Part shown: piece after piece, positions 57,054 through 64,000 of the stretch
How positions within the stretch are numbered: position 1 is the stretch's first letter
Layout of the letters: each line of letters starts with the position of its first letter
DNA from: Eledone cirrhosa
Lineage: Eukaryota
Assembly: GCA_964016885.1 (NCBI GenBank)
Contig: OZ024740.1
Coordinates: 174,096,001 to 174,160,000 of the forward strand
DNA: 64,000 nucleotides
Reading direction: 5' to 3'
Made by a program: the position numbers and the translations under genes
Notes under the pieces: generated by a model
Databases searched by the model: none
The model's input: only the letters and a program-made list of their open reading frames with translations
What the model was told of the DNA's origin: nothing

Positions 57054-57565
57054 ACACACCACACACACGCACCACACACATACACACCCACACGACACAC
57101 ACAGACATACACATACCCCCCCACACACTCACACATACACCCATACATACACCACACTACACACACACACATCACACAACACACACTCACACACGCCACA
57201 CACACCACACACACACACAACACATAACTTGTAAGTAGTTTCACGAAGAATACTTAAAATACTTAATGTTTTAGAATATATTCATTCAAATGACGTCGAT
57301 AAATATTCCTACTTTACATTGACTTTAAGTTTCATGTTAAATTGAGCATTTGTCAAATGGATGTGATACTCTATGTGCCTTTCTCGGTGAATACATTTTT
57401 GTATATGCATATAAATGTATTTATATATGAATGAATATGTGTGTGTGTGTGTGTGCCTAAATGTGTTTGTGTGTCGATGAATGTTTGTATTTGTATGGAT
57501 GTATGTATTTGTGTTTGGAAGTAAATACAAATGTGTATATATATATATATACTAAAAGGATCAGA

Positions 57566-57605
<40 letters not shown>

Positions 57606-57662
57606 AATAAAATTATCGAGAATCATACAAATGAATATATATATATACAAATGAATGTAAGA

Positions 57663-57701
<39 letters not shown>

Positions 57702-57869
57702 TCTGATCCTTTTAGTTTGTGTTATCATTATTGTTTTCTTGGATTGCTATAAACATATCTTCACTGTTTTACATTCGTGTTGAAACACTTACATACACAC
57801 GCGTACACATGAATGTGAGTGTGTCTGTGCCTGTGTGTGTATACATGCATACACACACACACACACACA

Positions 57870-57909
<40 letters not shown>

Positions 57910-57911
57910 GG

Positions 57912-58126
57912 AACGATCGACTTTCGTCAAATCGGACTGAGGGAACAATGTTTCCGTTGGTCTTTCCAATTGCTAATACTATCTATCGGTCGCAACTCCA
58001 GGTAGAAGGAGCAACGTGAAATAAAGTGTTTTGCTCAAGGACATAACGCATCACCTGGTCCAGGAATCGAACTCACAACCTTACGATTGCGAATCCAATT
58101 CTCTAACCACTCAGCCACACGCCTTC
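57912..58126 (-). mobile_element. tRNA-derived SINE family B
   Basis: Homologous to 35508-35722. Confidence 0.85.
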
Positions 58127-58738
58127 ACTATATATATATATATAGATACATATGTATCAGTCAGTGAACTAGTTCTAGTTTTCCTACTCTTAAAGCTGTG
58201 TTGCATAACTACATACGTAATTGACACGTACTTAATGTTCATACAAGCGATAACTAACTACGGTGGTGGAGAATGAGTGGGATTAGCTGCTAATGTTGTT
58301 AGCTTTTAGAAATTCACTACAGATTGAAACACTCATATTTGCTGCTGAATTGTATCAACTGATATAGCGTAATGCCATGGGAAATTTTATCATGGGCGTC
58401 TTCTGCATGAAGAACATTTAGTCAAGTACATGCTGCTTTTACTTGATGTGGTCTGTAATTAAGTAATTAAGATTTTAGAGTGAGAGTTATCATTTTACAT
58501 CCGTTTTTCCATACTTGCATAGGTTAGATGAAGTCCGAAGCTTTTCTCAGTTTAAGTGTCTAAGAGTAGACGACCCCCTATGACGGAGCGACAGTCCATT
58601 TCAAGGCGAACTTCCTGCTGCTCTAAGTACAATATTTAATCTGAGTAAACTGGAACGATGTGAACGGAGAGCCTTGCTCAAGGACACCATGCGTCACTCA
58701 GACTTTGATCTTGAGCCAAATACCCTAATCACAAGGCC

Positions 58739-58741
<3 letters not shown>

Positions 58742-58807
<66 letters not shown>
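58742..58807. repeat. (GA)n microsatellite
   Basis: Direct reading. Confidence 0.97.
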
Positions 58808-58809
<2 letters not shown>

Positions 58810-59099
58810 TTTGTTGTATAGAGAAGTGTTGTATAATGAACGGTGTATAGAGCGAAGTTAGCACCGTACCACGATACGTATTTATGTTTTATATATTTGG
58901 GTTTATATCATCTTGCATTTTGTGAATAATAGCGTCGTTGATTCGCACACATTTACGATGTTGAGATTTGAAAGTGCATATATTTACACTACGATCGGAA
59001 CACGGTGTTTTTATTCAGAAGCACCAATGATAACACAATTCACTGATATACTTTAAAGAAAGAAATATCCCCGTGTATAGACATGCACACAAATATATG

Positions 59100-59995
59100 T
59101 ATCGGTACAGTATATGGCAGGAATATATTAGGTTAACGCTTGAAATAGCAGGAAGAGGGTCTTAACGTTTCGGACGCTAGTCTTTCATCAGAAGAAAGAA
59201 TGAGAAATTAGAAAAATTGAAGGGACCGGCGGGGCGGAATCGGAAAAAATGTTTTTAGAGAAAAACAACAGGTCCATTCAAGTTGCCATCTCTTGGAAAA
59301 CTGTTGATGCTGGCGTCTTGTATATGATATACTTTTTTAGAAAAGTGGATGATGGAGCGCGTCTACCTGAAATGGAAGAAAAGCGTTTTGTATATAGAGC
59401 TACACGTGTGCACTTGCGTATGCGCGCGCGCGTGTTATTATGCGCCCGTACGAAGCTAAGAGGATATGTGTATGTATATGTAAGTAAAAGAGTGTATTTG
59501 GGCTTGTAAGTACGAAGCTGTGAGCCAAAGTATGTTAATATAAGGAAGTGTATGTATACAGAGCTGTGAAGGGAAAAGTAGAGGTGTCTGTGCGTATTTT
59601 GTTGGTCTGTATCAGCTGTAAGAGTATGTTTCTGACCATAAGAGAGCCATAGGAATCTAGGGGTGAATGTACGAACGCGTGTGTGATAATGGACGGGGTA
59701 AACGTGACGGGGCAAAGGGTAGAAAAGTAAGTACGAACGTATAGGTGTAATATTAAAAAAATTGGGGAGGGGAGTTGAGTCCATGAGGGAAACAGACCCA
59801 AGGCATGAAATCAGAACCAGTTCAGTCCTGGTTTGCGAGGCCTGTGATCCGTGATGTGAAAGGACACCCAGGACTGAGACATGTAGGGAAGAGTGTCCTG
59901 GGGAACAGAAATGACGGGCGACGGGAGTATCCAAACCGAGTCGTATGTCCCTCAAATGTTCCGCCAAACGGTCCGCCGAACGGCGTCTCGTTTGT
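59100..59995 (-). mobile_element. Second PLE family: GIY-YIG C-terminal remnant plus 3' UTR
   Basis: QTRRRSADRLAEHLRDIR..DTPVARHFCSPGHS..VSVLG..ELVLISCLGS matches the R..EH..PVA.HF..H..E..LI..LG pattern of Neptune/Poseidon-type PLE endonucleases. Confidence 0.75.
59160..59195 (-). ncRNA. Minimal type I hammerhead ribozyme
   Basis: TCTT-CTGATGA-A-AGAC TAGC GTCC-GAAA-CGTT-AAGA: stem I TCTT/AAGA, palindromic AACGTT stem III. Confidence 0.7.
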
Positions 59996-60590
59996 CAGTT
60001 GTTTAAGGACCCGCAATCAATTTCTAGTTATTATAAAATGCTCGGATTTATCTTTGAGCTTATTTCCAGGCGATATGGCGCATGCTGTTACGACATGACA
60101 CCCACAATTTCGATTTAGATTAAATTCATTTAATTTATCTTAATTTTGGATATAGATATATATATACGGCTCCTTAATTGTAGAGCTATTTCTGTTGAAG
60201 AGAATTTGACTGCTATTTCTAGTTGTCGAATACCTATTCACGCCACTGAAACGAAGCTGCTATCATGTGTAGACACAACACGTGGTAGCGGCCAGATGAG
60301 GATTTAAACTCGTTGTGTAAGGATGGATAGCTGGACATTATTATTCTTCCTTGTTGACAATCCAATAATATCCACTTTCCATGACTTACCATCTGTTTAA
60401 TTGGTGAAATATATTTCTTTAATGGGATATATACAAGGAAGGTTAATCATACTTAAAGGTATAAATTTAATTATTACCCAAATTAGCTATGCGTGGTTAC
60501 ACGCGTGTAAAAATGATCTGTGATTATTCATGTATATTTATATGTTAATCAATTTCTATATATATATATATATATGTCGATCAATTTCTC

Positions 60591-60636
<46 letters not shown>

Positions 60637-60640
60637 TATA

Positions 60641-62788
60641 TAGGTTTGTTGGTTCACCATTGGATAGAACTGGTCATTCCGTATAGTCAACTTGATGTAA
60701 TATTAGGGAGAGCACTCGACGTAATGCAACTCACCCGTCTTCGTTTGGGTTGTTGGTGGAGCGAGTATGGAGTTAATTATTATAAAATAACAGGAGTTTG
60801 GACTTGTGTAATTCCTTAAAGGTTTATTATACTATGAACATTTCAATGACCGGGTTCGGTATGAAATCGGTGACATCATCAGGTATTCCGAAATTTAACA
60901 AAGGAATATAATTGACACAATCCAAGGGCTGAAAAGCAGAGAGATGCCCAAGACGAGAAGGCGGCCAAAAAATTAGCAGTTGCCAGTCCGGGTGGCCGCC
61001 TTCAAGTGAGGAAACTACTTAGTCTTGTCATGTTGTTCTGATAAAGGGCCGTCAGCTTATAGTGCACTACTACCACCCGTCATGGACAGAGGTCAGCAGT
61101 GAGATCAGGTTACATAGAAGTTAATCAGAAGTGCTAAAAAGTGCTAAGAAATATATTTAAAAAAAATATATATCTTTAACAAGAATATATATAGTGGGCG
61201 CCTGAACAGCAGATTTTTTATTGTAGGGTCAGAAATTACGATTAAAGATTAGAAATGTAAAATTTATGTTTAGAATTAAAAGATATAATTTAAGATAAGA
61301 TTAGAAAAGTAAGATTTAGGTTTAAAGTTGGGAGATTTAGTTAAAGAATTTACAGAAAGAAGCATTTATAAAAAGGTTAAATGTATTATTGATAGTCATA
61401 ATAAAGTTTCAGGGTAGAATATAAAGTTAAGATTACGATTAAAAAGTAAGATTAAGCCTAAATTTAAGAGTACCGTTTGGCGGTCAATACCCAGTGATGT
61501 GGCGGACTCCCAGCCCACCCAGAGCCCAATGGCGTTTCAACCGTATTTTCGTCTACCGAAAGAAAGGGAATTTATTTTTCCAAGCATTCCAGGAAGGTTA
61601 ACTGTCTCAAGCGCCAGGGGTGCTAGCGAGAAGCCCGCAACTGCCAGCTGATCATCGCGTATACCAAACGATTATTAGTTATTCACAATAGTGGGGATTT
61701 AGTTAAAGAGCTAGTAGAAGGAGGCATGATAAATTTTTAGGGTAGAATTTTAAAGTTAGGATTAAGCTTAGAATTTAAGAGTTAGTCCGGGTTATTTAAA
61801 TTTATATGCAGTGTGATTCCTGAGTGGGTAGGGGGAGTAATTAAAGATAAACAGATATAAAGGGTACAGAAAGTAATATTCTAGTGCCGTGTGCTAATTT
61901 TAGGTAACAGATGAGTACAAGGATAAGTATATAAGGAGAATAAAGTGAATAAATAAATAAATAAAATGCAGTCATACCCAGGGTGGTAATTGTGGGAGTA
62001 AAAATGGAAGTAAATAAGAACATATCAAAGAAATCAAAATACAGAAGAAATAAAATACAGATCAAGGTGTAGCAAATATACAATAGATAACACGGTTGGA
62101 GAATATATGGTTATAAATATAGATATAGAGGATAGGGTTATAAATATAGATATAGAGGATAGGGTTATAAATATAGATATAGAGGATGGAAGAGTAGGAG
62201 TGGTATCAGGTGATACGTAGTGTAGGCTCGAGTCTTAATTTTCAATGGGAATCCCCAAACCTTGAAATATAGGATAGAAAATTCAGTCAATACAAGACAG
62301 GAATATGTTGATTGTTCGAAGAATCTATGAGGTCTGGCGGAGTTTAAGTGTTCCTGACAGGGAAGCAGCAATGCACGGTCCGGGTAGTGTGGTAGACATA
62401 GCTTAATGCAGCTAAAATCCGAATGGGGTGCAGTAATTCCCATGTTGGCGATAGCTGTATACTGGTGCCAGGGCCCCTGTTTCTTACTACATCTGGAAGC
62501 GCTCGACATTTCCTGGAGCTTTATTCATTTAGGTTTGTTGGTTCACCACTGGATAGAATTTGAAGGCGGCCACCCGGACTGGCAACTGCTAATTTTTTGG
62601 CCGCCCTCTCGTCTAGGGCATCTCTCTGCTTTTCAGCCCCTTGGATTGTGTCTATTATATTCCTTTGTTAAATTTCGGAATACCTGATGATGTCACCGAA
62701 TTCATACTGAACCCGGTCATTGAAATGTTCATAGTATAATAAACCTTTAAGAAATTACACCAGTCCAGCCTCCTGTTATATTATAATA
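60641..62788. mobile_element. Rearranged (TA)n-flanked element with ~228-bp inverted repeats (probable third PLE family)
   Basis: 60778-61005 is inverted relative to 62560-62788. 29-bp direct repeat at 60641-60669 / 62530-62558. Minus-strand peptide VRNRGPGTSIQLSPTWELL weakly resembles a GIY-YIG C-terminus. Confidence 0.6.
62109..62187. repeat. 27-bp tandem repeat x~3
   Basis: GGTTATAAATATAGATATAGAGGATAG at 62109, 62136 and 62163. Confidence 0.92.
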
Positions 62789-63188
62789 TATATATATATA
62801 TACATAGATATCCACGGTAAGTTGTGGGGTCCAGTCTGCATGAAGAACTCAATGTAATCCATATGTTGAAAATGTTGTAGGTTAAAATAAATCCCGGAAA
62901 ACAATAAAACATTAAAAGGAAAACAGAGTCATGATATAAGTTAAAACAATGAAATAAAAATTCAAGTCATTAGAAATATACTTTTGAAATATGCTTTTGA
63001 CAACAACTGGTGATATACATGTAAGTAAATATTTTCCTGATCTGATATTTTGTAACTAACCTTACATAGATCGATAACGAAGTATGGTTACGATGTATTA
63101 TCATCACCTAGAAACGATCGTAAAGCAGTGAAGTATATTTCTAATGACTTGAATTTTTATTTCATTGTTTTAACTTATATATATATAA

Positions 63189-63312
63189 GTCGAAACGGCT
63201 TGAGCTCAGCCGTCGGGGTCTTACTTGTTCCTATTACCCACTCTACTACCCTAAGTATTGAGTACTTTGGTGCGTTATGGTCCACCTGGTTCCTTACCAC
63301 ATTTCCTTCGTT
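63189..63312 (+). mobile_element. PLE 3'-end fragment in (TA)n
   Basis: Near-identical to 19917-20040. Confidence 0.92.
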
Positions 63313-63779
63313 ATATATATATATATATATATATATGAGAAATGTCTTCTTCTTCTTCTTCTTCTTCTTCTTTTGTATTTTTCTCCCGCGTTATTTTTAA
63401 TTTTTGACCTTTCTCGTAAGACGAGAAAGAAAGAAGAAAGATAAAATGAGAAAGGTCAAAAATTAAAAATATCACGGTAGAAAAATACAATACAACGAGG
63501 ATATATATTAATTTAGCACTTGATGTAGTAGGAAAACAGTTAGTTGGAACATATTACTCCTTCATAGAAGAGAGAGAAGAAGAAATAGAAAGATTGACTA
63601 TAGGCAAACTTTTAACAGTTTAACGTAAATAGCAACTTCCAAGAGAGAATAGCGCTTTTGACACGCTCAGAATAACATGGTTAAGAACAGAAACACAGAT
63701 TCTATTGTAACGGGCTCGAAGTAAAACCATTTAATAATGATTGAACAGGCATTAAATTATGGAATGAGAGTCATCCCTT

Positions 63780-63905
63780 TTACATCTGTTATTCCATGTT
63801 GACATATGTAGATGCCCTATGGACAGACACAGATCTCTTGGAGACGCAGGACACGGCGGCGATGATGAAGGACAGAGACTGCTGGAGAGAACTCGTCCAT
63901 GGATC
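63780..63905 (+). pseudogene. RTE-type LINE C-terminal remnant
   Basis: TYVDALWTDTDLLETQDTAAMMKDRDCWRELV fits the RTE terminal Y.D.L..D....M.DR..WR motif. Confidence 0.5.
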
Positions 63906-64000
63906 TCGGGAATTTTACCCGTCCTAGATACACAGATTCCATGTCTGTACAGGTTGGAAGAATAGCAAAGCTTATTCCGTTTTCATAGGGCATTTAGCGA

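Noticed and set aside
62670-62725. Functional hammerhead
   Set aside because: CTGATGA is present, but GAAA reads GAAC and stems I and II cannot be formed convincingly.

Overview
AT-rich, repeat-dominated animal DNA with no intact host gene recognisable. The SINE families and extreme (TA)n/(CA)n density suggest an octopus or other coleoid cephalopod (inference). Contents: (1) a 4.2-kb hAT transposon (10140-14384) with 14-bp TIRs, an 8-bp TSD and a pseudogenised ZMYM1/Tip100-like transposase, carrying an internally deleted remnant of a different Charlie/Buster-type transposase; (2) a second, non-autonomous Charlie/Buster-type hAT (15916-20617, TSD GTTTAGAA) with a nested Penelope-like element (PLE: RT + GIY-YIG, inverted pseudo-LTR, 13-bp TSD); (3) several further PLE fragments; (4) decayed Tx1/L1, R4/Dong and RTE LINE pieces; (5) many tRNA-derived SINEs; (6) a ~20-kb satellite with a fixed 22-bp core separated by variable (AT)n. 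The most notable signal is a set of (TA)n-embedded elements carrying type I hammerhead ribozyme folds. These include two apparently unrelated, non-coding ~0.5-kb retrozyme-like units (522 bp and 487 bp) in partial tandem or inverted arrangement with TATATA monomer junctions, and a PLE hammerhead with an atypical UUGAGAA core. All alignments and folds were made by eye; no searches were run.
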